Below, piece by piece: positions 8,873 to 15,718 of a DNA stretch of 26,695 bases (position 1 is the first letter of the stretch; each line of letters starts with the position of its first letter). The position numbers and the translations under genes were made by a program. Origin of the DNA: a virus (Duplodnaviria; Caudoviricetes); IMG/VR virus record IMGVR_UViG_3300049185_000045, positions 1 to 26,695 of that record; one strand, written 5' to 3'. The notes beneath the pieces were generated by a model. The model made no database searches and was not told where the DNA came from. It was given only the letters and a program-made list of their open reading frames with translations.

Positions 8873-9046
8873 TCAAACCTGAGTAGGCTGCTCGGCCACT
8901 TCCAGATACCACATCGGGCAATCGCCATCGCCATCGAAGAACGAGTCGCTGACGATATCCAAGAGCGCACCGCACTCGCACGTCACTTGGTAGCGAGCGA
9001 CATCAACCTCGAAATACTTCGCGCATTTTGGGCAGCGCAGTTCCAT
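8873..9046 (-). CDS. Zinc-ribbon small protein, 57 aa (not in ORF track)
   Basis: MELRCPKCAKYFEV...VTCECGALL; CxxC...CxC pattern. Confidence 0.6.
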   Translation of the reverse strand: MELRCPKCAKYFEVDVARYQVTCECGALLDIVSDSFFDGDGDCPMWYLEVAEQPTQV

Positions 9047-9052
9047 CACTGG

Positions 9053-9499
9053 TCACTTCCTGCGCTGAGCTAAGTACTGCTCAGATGCCGAAATACCTTC
9101 ACCTGGCAAAAGATAAGTACGCTCAAGGTCATTGAGTCTTGTGTCCTCTCTGTATGTGAGCTTGTCTACCGGCTCGTAGATGGCATCACCGGTTTCTGCG
9201 ATCTTTGTAACGTAACAATCAACTTCGAGCCGCCCGCCATTGCGTAGCAGAATTGAGTGCTTCACTGTCTCTCGGTCACCCATTTTCACCGGCGTCAGAA
9301 TGCCAGTCGGCGGCGTCGCGCCCTCGAACGAAGTCCGCGCCCACGCCACAGTTAGAACCCATTGCATCAGGCCATTTCGCTGCATAATCGAATTCTCTAT
9401 CTCAGTCACCTTGACTTTTCCTTGCTCGATCTCATCGGCGAATTCGCGAAAGACCTTTGCAGTCTCTGCCGGTCCGGTCGCTACAAATTCTCTAGCCAC
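9053..9499 (-). CDS. Hypothetical protein
   Basis: GTG 9499 with AGGAG SD just after the upstream stop. Confidence 0.55.
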   Translation of the reverse strand: MAREFVATGPAETAKVFREFADEIEQGKVKVTEIENSIMQRNGLMQWVLTVAWARTSFEGATPPTGILTPVKMGDRETVKHSILLRNGGRLEVDCYVTKIAETGDAIYEPVDKLTYREDTRLNDLERTYLLPGEGISASEQYLAQRRK

Positions 9500-9500
9500 G

Positions 9501-9731
9501 TCAATCTCCTGCGCTGTGTGCTGCTCTCTTGCCGTACGTGCCATCCGGCCAGGGTCCCACGTAGTTCTCTGTCCTGACCTCTGATGGATGCGCAGCCTTC
9601 GATACTCGCGCGATCTCTTCTTGCGTGAGCGACACATCCCACCAGCCGCTGATGGCAAGCTTAGTCATTTGCTTTTGCCATTCGAAGCCGATCTTCGGAT
9701 CTTCGAAGTCGTCAGTGACTATGGTCACCAT
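9501..9731 (-). CDS. Hypothetical protein
   Basis: TAATG coupling to the upstream gene. Confidence 0.55.
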   Translation of the reverse strand: MVTIVTDDFEDPKIGFEWQKQMTKLAISGWWDVSLTQEEIARVSKAAHPSEVRTENYVGPWPDGTYGKRAAHSAGD

Positions 9732-10117
9732 TATCGCTGTCCTGTGTTGTGAGCGGCTCTCTGCTTCTTGAACATCTCGCCAGGGCTGATGCCTTCACGT
9801 AGCACCCGACCGTCTGGTGTCGCGCAAGAAACCTGCGACCACATTCTCTGCATATCTGCAGCAAAGTCTTCCGCGATGCTCTTGTCGTCGTATGCCCAAA
9901 TCACTCGATCTCGCAAGTGTTCCGGTATCCATTTCGCGCGGAAGTTCTCCAGGTGGCGATAGTGGCCGTACTTCTCGATGATCCTTCCGCCCTTCGATAG
10001 CCCCACCAGTCTCGGGTGTTCCGCGTCGCCGTTGCAGTAGCAGACCCACACCTTTGCTCCGGTCCGCAGGATGCCATCGGTCAGAACGTTGGCGACGATT
10101 CCGAACTTATCAGCCAT
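9731..10117 (-). CDS. Hypothetical phage protein
   Basis: ATG 10117 after AGGAG; tiles with neighbours. Confidence 0.6.
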   Translation of the reverse strand: MADKFGIVANVLTDGILRTGAKVWVCYCNGDAEHPRLVGLSKGGRIIEKYGHYRHLENFRAKWIPEHLRDRVIWAYDDKSIAEDFAADMQRMWSQVSCATPDGRVLREGISPGEMFKKQRAAHNTGQR

Positions 10118-10134
10118 GCTCAGCGGGCTCCTGA

Positions 10135-10551
10135 TCAGCTGAACTCGCCGATGTGGCAGTCCCATGTCCCGTCGCCATGCTTCACAACGGTGTCCCTCAA
10201 CCTCGCCCGCAGCAGTCCTTTCGGACCCTTCTCGCTGTGGTTATCGCGGTGGAAGTCCTCCCAAGAACGATACCCGTACGGTGATTCTTCCCATCTTTCG
10301 CTCCGCGCTCGCTCAGTGATGATTGAGCGCATTTCCTCAGCGGAGATGTGTTGGCCGTACTCGTCACGGATCACCCCGCCAGAAGCCCAAAGGCGCTCCC
10401 AGTCATCCAGGTCGCAGATGTCGTTCTCCGGGTAGACGTGAAGCGCAAAGACCCACCCGACCGATGACTTGCCGATATGCTTCAGCTCGTTCTGATCGTG
10501 GCCGCACGTGGCGCACGGTGCCGGGTTGCTCCAATAGTAGTTAGTTCCCAT
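10135..10551 (-). CDS. Conserved phage hypothetical protein (MGTNYY...HIGKSS.GW.F type)
   Basis: Motif recalled from other phage proteins; GGAG SD. Confidence 0.7.
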   Translation of the reverse strand: MGTNYYWSNPAPCATCGHDQNELKHIGKSSVGWVFALHVYPENDICDLDDWERLWASGGVIRDEYGQHISAEEMRSIITERARSERWEESPYGYRSWEDFHRDNHSEKGPKGLLRARLRDTVVKHGDGTWDCHIGEFS

Positions 10552-10816
10552 CGTCAGCTCCGTTCAGAAGAGAAAGTCCCTTCTCGGTGATGTAGTAGTC
10601 GCCGCGGCAGCCGCACGTGCAGCCATCGACGACCCCGCGGCGGATGAGCTTATTCATCTTGGCGACCTGCAGCTTCGGCGGGACGCCGGTCGGCATAGCG
10701 TCCCGGACAGTCGGCATGCTGTGCCCGTCACCCCACGTGGCCCACTTGTACTCATGCGTGTGCTCACGCAGGAATTCTAGAATCGGCCGGTCTGGGATGT
10801 CCTTACACTGCATCAC
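10541..10816 (-). CDS. Conserved phage hypothetical protein (winged-helix-like, GCxCGCRGD motif)
   Basis: QCKDIPDRPILEFL...KLIRRGVVDGCTCGCRGDYYITEKG. Confidence 0.7.
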   Translation of the reverse strand: MMQCKDIPDRPILEFLREHTHEYKWATWGDGHSMPTVRDAMPTGVPPKLQVAKMNKLIRRGVVDGCTCGCRGDYYITEKGLSLLNGADDGN

Positions 10817-10874
10817 CTTCTACCTCATTCCTGCGTCTCGTCATTCTGCGTCCAGCGCCTATCTATATGAAGGC

Positions 10875-10895
10875 TGTCTAAACCAGCCTTAGACA
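10875..10895. repeat. Inverted pair TGTCTAA-N7-TTAGACA (left attP arm-type sites)
   Basis: Read directly; the same motif pair recurs at 11016-11037 on the other side of the core. Confidence 0.7.
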
Positions 10896-10906
10896 CTCGC
10901 TCGAAA

Positions 10907-10922
10907 TGTTCCACGTGGAACA
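10907..10922. promoter_or_regulatory. parS: parS-type palindrome TGTTCCACGTGGAACA
   Basis: Perfect 16-bp palindrome matching the chromosomal ParB site consensus TGTTNCACGTGNAACA. Confidence 0.8.
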
Positions 10923-10947
10923 ACAACATAGTCGCTAGCCCGCATCC

Positions 10948-10992
10948 CTCTTAATCAGTAGGTTGAAGGTTCAAGTCCTTCACAGCCCACCA
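10948..10992 (+). other. attP: attP core: 3' half of tRNA-Lys(CTT)
   Basis: CTCTTAA anticodon loop, GAAGG-TTCAAGT-CCTTC T-arm, CAGCCC-A-CCA end; no 5' half; 46 bp from the integrase stop. Confidence 0.88.
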
Positions 10993-11015
10993 GTTTTTTA
11001 CTCAGTTCGTCTATG

Positions 11016-11037
11016 TGTCTAAGGCCGTTCTTAGACA
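11016..11037. repeat. Inverted pair TGTCTAAG-N6-CTTAGACA (right attP arm-type sites / hairpin)
   Basis: Read directly; abuts the integrase stop codon. Confidence 0.7.
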
Positions 11038-11934
11038 TCACTTCACCGGCCGTCTGCGCTCGCCGCGGGTGTACACCACTCGCATTTGCCCCATGTGGCC
11101 GATTACGTTGCGATCTGGGGCGTCCGTCTGCGCCTTCGGGCGTAGCTGCCGGAATTGGAAGCCCGGCTGTAATCGCCTCATAGCGCTTTGCAGGCCCCAC
11201 TCCGACCACGGCAAACCGCGGGGCGAGGTGAACAGGAACTCACTGCCACGCGATAGAGCTCGGCCGATGAAGAACGCCAGCGTCTGGCTGATCTCGTACT
11301 CGGCCGGCTTGCCTGTCTTGCTCTCGACGAACACCAGGCGATCGCCACGAACCGCGGTGCGTTTCATCGCTCGAAGGTCGGTCTGACGGATACCAGTCAG
11401 GTAGGCAACCGCCAACAAGTCCTGAACACATTCCGGCGCTCGATCAATGGCAGCAGAGAGTGCTCCATGTTCGACATACGCCTTACTCGGGCGCTCTCTG
11501 TTTCGACGTACTCCATGACACGGGTTGAAGTCCAGCCATCCTTTTCGCATACCGAAATTACAAGCACTCGATAAGCATGCTCGTTCACGGTTGCCAGCCA
11601 CGGCGCAGCCTTCGTCCTTCCGTCGTTCGAGATACTGGGCGACATGTGAAGCCTTCAGCGAGTTGCGGTGCATGTGACCACAGAAGGGAATCAGGCGCGT
11701 GACCACGATCCGCCGATAGTCCTTCTGCGTCGGGGGCCGAAGCTCGGCCATCCCGTGTTTGACGAACGATAGAAGCACGCCTGCCATGTTGTGCGGGTCT
11801 GCCTTGGTCAGCTCATAGTAGGCTTCGAGGAGCGCAACTTCGCCGTCCTCGATGCGCGTGAGCGGATGCCACTTGTTGCGCCGGACGACGTAGTAGCGGC
11901 CGTGCTTCGCTGTGACCCCTGGCGGGAGTTGCAT
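11038..11934 (-). CDS. int: Tyrosine integrase
   Basis: TGIRQTDL (R), ESKTG (K), FRQLR, IGH, VY; next to the tRNA-derived attP. Confidence 0.92.
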   Translation of the reverse strand: MQLPPGVTAKHGRYYVVRRNKWHPLTRIEDGEVALLEAYYELTKADPHNMAGVLLSFVKHGMAELRPPTQKDYRRIVVTRLIPFCGHMHRNSLKASHVAQYLERRKDEGCAVAGNRERACLSSACNFGMRKGWLDFNPCHGVRRNRERPSKAYVEHGALSAAIDRAPECVQDLLAVAYLTGIRQTDLRAMKRTAVRGDRLVFVESKTGKPAEYEISQTLAFFIGRALSRGSEFLFTSPRGLPWSEWGLQSAMRRLQPGFQFRQLRPKAQTDAPDRNVIGHMGQMRVVYTRGERRRPVK

Positions 11935-12116
11935 GCGGAGAAGTCCGGTTGTAGTTCTGGGCCCAAGAGTGCCCGATTGATCGCATCGATGGTAGTCCAG
12001 GGACTGCCGTCAGCCCCGACGCCGTGAACGATCTTGTTTTCGTCCAGCCACTGGCGCACCGCAAGCCTTGACTTGCGGCGGCTCATCTCTCGCAACTGGT
12101 CGAATTGGACGATCAT
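11808..12116 (-). CDS. Excisionase-like protein (DUF4224-like)
   Basis: QLREMSRRKSRLAVRQWLDENKI...GADGSP...QPDFSA upstream of int; its tail overlaps int by 127 nt. Confidence 0.65.
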   Translation of the reverse strand: MIVQFDQLREMSRRKSRLAVRQWLDENKIVHGVGADGSPWTTIDAINRALLGPELQPDFSACNSRQGSQRSTAATTSSGATSGIRSRASRTAKLRSSKPTMS

Positions 12117-12131
12117 GGTCAGGTCAGCAAT

Positions 12132-12479
12132 TCAGAGCGGGACTTTCTTCGCGCATCGCTTGCAGCGATCGTTCCAGAAGTCGCCGGGCGCGAATTGAAC
12201 CTGCGCGCCAGGGTGATAGCCGGTTTGGTCGATCCGGAAGTCACACAGAGCAACGTATTCGTGCGTCAGGTCGATGCGCTTCCAGTAGTGCGGCTTCCTG
12301 CTGAATGGGATCGTCGCCCAGCCTTCGCGGAAGCCAACTATGTGACCGCCACCGAACTTTGATCCACCGGCGACAGCTTCAGCTCGCGTCTTGCCGAGCG
12401 CGCCTTGGCACACAGCCTCGATGGCGAGGTTGGCTTTCTTTCGCGCTTCGGCGCGCCGTTGCTCTAGTGTGCTAGTCAT
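12132..12479 (-). CDS. Hypothetical protein
   Basis: Tiles in leftward operon; C-terminal CKRC. Confidence 0.55.
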   Translation of the reverse strand: MTSTLEQRRAEARKKANLAIEAVCQGALGKTRAEAVAGGSKFGGGHIVGFREGWATIPFSRKPHYWKRIDLTHEYVALCDFRIDQTGYHPGAQVQFAPGDFWNDRCKRCAKKVPL

Positions 12480-12484
12480 TTAAG

Positions 12485-12673
12485 TCACTCAACCTGCTTC
12501 AACGGGTTTGGAATGCTGTCCATCGCGGCGTCGGCAATGAAGCCAATGCAGTCTTCCAGCTTGTCGATCTCGTGCGCGGCACCGGTGATAACCCAGCTGC
12601 GCTGACCCTCAAGTTGCCCGTCGAACTTGCGGCGTACAACGATCTCGAAAGTCGGAACGTATGGCTTAGCCAT
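12485..12673 (-). CDS. Hypothetical protein
   Basis: Tiles in leftward operon. Confidence 0.55.
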   Translation of the reverse strand: MAKPYVPTFEIVVRRKFDGQLEGQRSWVITGAAHEIDKLEDCIGFIADAAMDSIPNPLKQVE

Positions 12674-12923
12674 GGTCAGTTCCCTTGCCCAGACTTGGAT
12701 TCTCGAACCGGTGATTGCAGTCCGGACACTGGATCACCGCCTCCATCTCGACGAACACTTCCGCAGGGACTGGCACCCAGAAGTTAGAGAACACGGTGAC
12801 ATAACCGTCCTTGACGTACTTCGTGGTCGTGTACGTCTTGCCAGTCTTCACGGCGAAGTGATCGCCGTTCTTCGCGGTGATCTCCCAGTTCTTGCGAGCG
12901 ACACGTTCAGCAATTGCTACCAT
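12666..12923 (-). CDS. Hypothetical protein with C-terminal CPDC
   Basis: GGAG SD; tiles in operon. Confidence 0.6.
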   Translation of the reverse strand: MVAIAERVARKNWEITAKNGDHFAVKTGKTYTTTKYVKDGYVTVFSNFWVPVPAEVFVEMEAVIQCPDCNHRFENPSLGKGTDHG

Positions 12924-12925
12924 CG

Positions 12926-13174
12926 TCAGCTCCCCATTAGTGCGAGGGCCCTGTTGGCCTCACCGATCGCGTGCTCGCCGGCTTCCTGGAATTGCCTCAC
13001 TGAATTACGCTGCAGCTCGAGCACGACCAGGCAGGACCTCAGCGCGCCCGTGATCTCGTCGATTCGGGCGTCGGCTTCGGTCACTAGGTAATAGTCACCG
13101 CTCTCGTCGATCTCCATGTCAACGCCTGGGGCGTGAATGCCGTCATCGTCGATACGTGGGGTGTACTTCTTCAT
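12926..13174 (-). CDS. Hypothetical protein
   Basis: GAGG SD; tiles in operon. Confidence 0.6.
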   Translation of the reverse strand: MKKYTPRIDDDGIHAPGVDMEIDESGDYYLVTEADARIDEITGALRSCLVVLELQRNSVRQFQEAGEHAIGEANRALALMGS

Positions 13175-13188
13175 GGGTACCTCTTCCG

Positions 13189-13554
13189 CTAGAAGTTGTG
13201 CTTTGTGTAGTCGAACTCGATCCGCGTCACGACCGATGTCGGCCTGCAGCCCTTGTGCGACTTGCAGAAGAACTCGATAAACCAGTCCGGCGACATCAGC
13301 GGGAATCCTTCGCGCGCAACTTCGTCGATAGTGATCGCGTCAAGCGGTTCGCGCCGAACGTCCACAACCTCAATGACGCAAAGCTTCTCAAGCTTCTCTC
13401 CTGGCTTTAGGCCCATGCACTTCTTGACCGCCTGGACGCGCTCGCCACGCTTCAGGTTCAACCAGCCGAGCCGGCGAGTGACCGTCTTTTCTCTCGCGAG
13501 AATCTGCGGCGTGGTCAGTGCGAAACTCATATTGCGCATGGGGTAACTCTTCAA
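13189..13554 (-). CDS. ASCH/PUA-like domain protein
   Basis: MSFALT..QI...KTVTRRLGW, 'DVRREPLDAIT.DEVAREGF', 'VTRIEF'; alternative start 13539. Confidence 0.8.
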   Translation of the reverse strand: MKSYPMRNMSFALTTPQILAREKTVTRRLGWLNLKRGERVQAVKKCMGLKPGEKLEKLCVIEVVDVRREPLDAITIDEVAREGFPLMSPDWFIEFFCKSHKGCRPTSVVTRIEFDYTKHNF

Positions 13555-14183
13555 CTATGCGAAGCTCTTGATTGCTTTCGCGACGAGCTGCGCCGCGTTC
13601 GGGACGACAGCGTTGCCGAGGGCATGCCTTCGGTGTGGCCAGTCGGGAAGCCCATCATCCGCTCCCAATCCTCTGGGTGCTGAATCCCACGCGACTGCAA
13701 GCTCATCCGCCATCTGCCGACCCTCCCGGCTCCACCACCGCGACAGCTCCCGTAGGCGCTGGCAGTCGGAGTGGGCAACAAGGAAGATGCGTCTGCGGAG
13801 GTGCCGCGCGCCAACGTCAGCGGCGGACAATTGAAGCGGCACGCTGGCATACCCGATGGCATGCAAGCAGCGCCGCAGCTCGGGCACCCATGCGCGCCAG
13901 CGATGCTGGCTGTTCTCAACAACCACCCAGTCAGGACGTACATCAGCGAGCTCTGCGAGCCGGTGAGGCCGGTCCGCTTGCCAGCTACCGACAAGTCCTG
14001 ACACGGGAAGCCCGCTGAGATCACGAGCGTCTGCGTACGCAGGTACTCGAGGCCAGTGTCGGCCGAGCACGGCTCTGCATCCTGCGTCGATCTCAACGAA
14101 GGCGACCGGCTCGATTCCTTCTCGCTCGAATCCAACGGTGAATCCTCCGACGCCAGTGAATAGATCGATGTGGAACATGTCAT
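13551..14183 (-). CDS. C5 DNA methyltransferase, chain B in overlapping +1 frame (motifs IV-V, IX)
   Basis: SAGFPCQDLSVAGKRTGLTGSQSSL, LLPTPTAS, HPEDWERMMGFP; ATG 14183 is ATGA-coupled to the upstream ORF. Confidence 0.7.
   Translation of the reverse strand: MTCSTSIYSLASEDSPLDSSEKESSRSPSLRSTQDAEPCSADTGLEYLRTQTLVISAGFPCQDLSVAGKRTGLTGSQSSLMYVLTGWLLRTASIAGAHGCPSCGAACMPSGMPACRFNCPPLTLARGTSADASSLLPTPTASAYGSCRGGGAGRVGRWRMSLQSRGIQHPEDWERMMGFPTGHTEGMPSATLSSRTRRSSSRKQSRASHS
13555..14178 (-). CDS. C5 DNA methyltransferase, chain A (motifs I-III, VI-VIII, X; lacks PCQ)
   Basis: DLFTGVGGF, FVEID, YAD, VVVENS, GY, HLRRRIF, ALGNAVVP. Confidence 0.85.
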   Translation of the reverse strand: MFHIDLFTGVGGFTVGFEREGIEPVAFVEIDAGCRAVLGRHWPRVPAYADARDLSGLPVSGLVGSWQADRPHRLAELADVRPDWVVVENSQHRWRAWVPELRRCLHAIGYASVPLQLSAADVGARHLRRRIFLVAHSDCQRLRELSRWWSREGRQMADELAVAWDSAPRGLGADDGLPDWPHRRHALGNAVVPNAAQLVAKAIKSFA

Positions 14184-14278
14184 CGACGCAGAGCGATACA
14201 AAGCCACGCGGTCCAGTACCAGCGGTGCTCGTGATGCCGAAGGCACGACCAGCAGATTTTGATGCGGCGCTTAGTCAC
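14180..14278 (-). CDS. 32-aa peptide (not in ORF track)
   Basis: MTKRRIKICWSCLRHHEHRWYWTAWLCIALRR; GTGA and ATGA overlaps at its two ends. Confidence 0.5.
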   Translation of the reverse strand: MTKRRIKICWSCLRHHEHRWYWTAWLCIALRR

Positions 14279-14544
14279 AGGTTGGTTCTCGACTCAGCTC
14301 TTTCAGCCTCAATCTCTGCCTTGCGATCAAGCGCGATCTGCAATTGGGGCCCAATCCGCGGGTAGTAGCCAAGCCGTACGCACAGCCCGATCAGTGACAA
14401 CTGCAGTTCGTATCCGCCGCACGCAACGTCATCTTCAAAGCTGATCTCGATCAGACTGAAGTTGTACCAATTGCATTCGCGCGTGAACCATTCTGTCCAC
14501 TGCTGCCACGCCACCGCCGAGAAATGTCCTCGCTCAAATCTCAC
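14275..14544 (-). CDS. Hypothetical protein
   Basis: GTGA coupled; GGAGG SD. Confidence 0.6.
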   Translation of the reverse strand: MRFERGHFSAVAWQQWTEWFTRECNWYNFSLIEISFEDDVACGGYELQLSLIGLCVRLGYYPRIGPQLQIALDRKAEIEAERAESRTNL

Positions 14545-15005
14545 TGCTCAACCCTCCGGTTCAGAGCGCGTACTTCCGCGCACGTCGGCAAATTGGCCTC
14601 GCCAAGCTTTCTGTCGCCATCTCCACAACCGCAGCACGTGTTGCCGCCATACCAGCATTCGCAGTGCAGGCCGTCATCGCGCTTCGGGCATGGCGTCTCA
14701 TCGTCAGGGTCAACCGACGTTTCCAACCCTGGCTGTCCTGCTATGGGCGGACCGATGCCACAGTGCGTGCAGGCGTAGTGATGCGGATGATCCAGCTCGC
14801 AGCGCTTCGGCTCGCGATTCTCGACCACTGCGCGCTCACCCTCGGTCAGCTTGCCGCCCCATCCACTGAAAGTGAACTGCGGATCGCGTCCGGTGATCTC
14901 GCGAAACGCCTTCGCAATCGCTCGCCGCATCGGCAGGTCTGCGCCGTTCTCGAAGAAGTCGGCAGGACCGCCAATCTTGCAGAACCAGATTCGTTCGGTC
15001 GTCAC
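14541..15005 (-). CDS. Hypothetical protein, Cys/His-rich C-terminus
   Basis: GADLPMRRAI...FSGWGGKLTEGERAV; GGAG SD. Confidence 0.6.
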   Translation of the reverse strand: MTTERIWFCKIGGPADFFENGADLPMRRAIAKAFREITGRDPQFTFSGWGGKLTEGERAVVENREPKRCELDHPHHYACTHCGIGPPIAGQPGLETSVDPDDETPCPKRDDGLHCECWYGGNTCCGCGDGDRKLGEANLPTCAEVRALNRRVEQ

Positions 15006-15006
15006 T

Positions 15007-15105
15007 TCACTCTCCCAGAGCGGTTCTCTGTAGCTTTCCGCATGCGAAGCAAATCTCGCGATGCCAGAGCCATTCTTTGCAGTACCTGCAGGTCCCGCAG
15101 CTCAT
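15007..15105 (-). CDS. 32-aa Cys-rich peptide (not in ORF track)
   Basis: MSCGTCRYCKEWLWHREICFACGKLQRTALGE; ATGA overlap with MT-A70 stop. Confidence 0.45.
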   Translation of the reverse strand: MSCGTCRYCKEWLWHREICFACGKLQRTALGE

Positions 15106-15641
15106 GCCACCATCTCCACGTCGGATGCAACTTCATTGCCCCATGAATGCCAGCCAAGACGACGCTGGCGAGCGAAAAGCTCCAGCCGAGGTCCTGCAGA
15201 TATACTTTCGATCAACCGGAAAGACTCGGTTGGTTTCTCGCTGTGCCGAAGTGGCCTGCCGCCAGTGACCAAGACGTTCGGCTTGTAGCGCTCAAGAGGA
15301 AACACGCACCGGGAGCGGTATCCGAACAGGAGCGTCTGGCTCCGATGAATGAACCAATTGCCCTGGCCAGACGGCTTGATCCAGTGAATCGGCGCGAGAT
15401 ACCGAAATCCCCACGACCGCATCACCTGGAAGCCGTGTTCGAGGTGTTGGTTCGTGGTCCACAGCCACAGGTGGCAGTCACTGTCGGCGAGATCAGCGAC
15501 TGGGAGCGCACAGATACGATCGAGGCTCATAGTTGGATACGGCAGCGTAGGACCGCCGAAGCCTCCCTTAGCTCGCCGCCGCGGCCGGCCGAGCGATAGC
15601 TGCCACGGTGGATCGGCGAGGATGGTGCGGTACTTGTTCAC
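15102..15641 (-). CDS. MT-A70 family adenine methyltransferase
   Basis: YRTILADPPW, YPTMS, LWLWTTN, WGF.Y, HSEKP, RLELFAR...GW..WGNE; GTG 15641 coupled start. Confidence 0.92.
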   Translation of the reverse strand: MNKYRTILADPPWQLSLGRPRRRAKGGFGGPTLPYPTMSLDRICALPVADLADSDCHLWLWTTNQHLEHGFQVMRSWGFRYLAPIHWIKPSGQGNWFIHRSQTLLFGYRSRCVFPLERYKPNVLVTGGRPLRHSEKPTESFRLIESISAGPRLELFARQRRLGWHSWGNEVASDVEMVA

Positions 15642-15718
15642 AACAGCGCCTTGGCGATCCCGCACCAAAGCAGGAACCAAACCATCAGCGCAAAGGCGTC
15701 TATGAGCTTCTGTTTCAT
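15638..15718 (-). CDS. 26-aa membrane peptide (not in ORF track)
   Basis: MKQKLIDAFALMVWFLLWCGIAKALL; ATGA and GTGA coupling. Confidence 0.5.
   Translation of the reverse strand: MKQKLIDAFALMVWFLLWCGIAKALL

Noticed and set aside
10921-10992. Complete tRNA-Lys gene
   Set aside because: No D-arm and no 5' acceptor strand (GGGCTG) upstream; only the 3' half is present, as expected for attP
11130-11160. Inactive integrase because HxxR reads RQLR
   Set aside because: The His of HxxR is variable in tyrosine recombinases; R, K, R, H and Y are present and attP is intact
14184-14246. Longer GTG start for MTase chain B given in the ORF track
   Set aside because: ATG 14183 is coupled to the upstream ORF stop; the extension overlaps that ORF and has no SD
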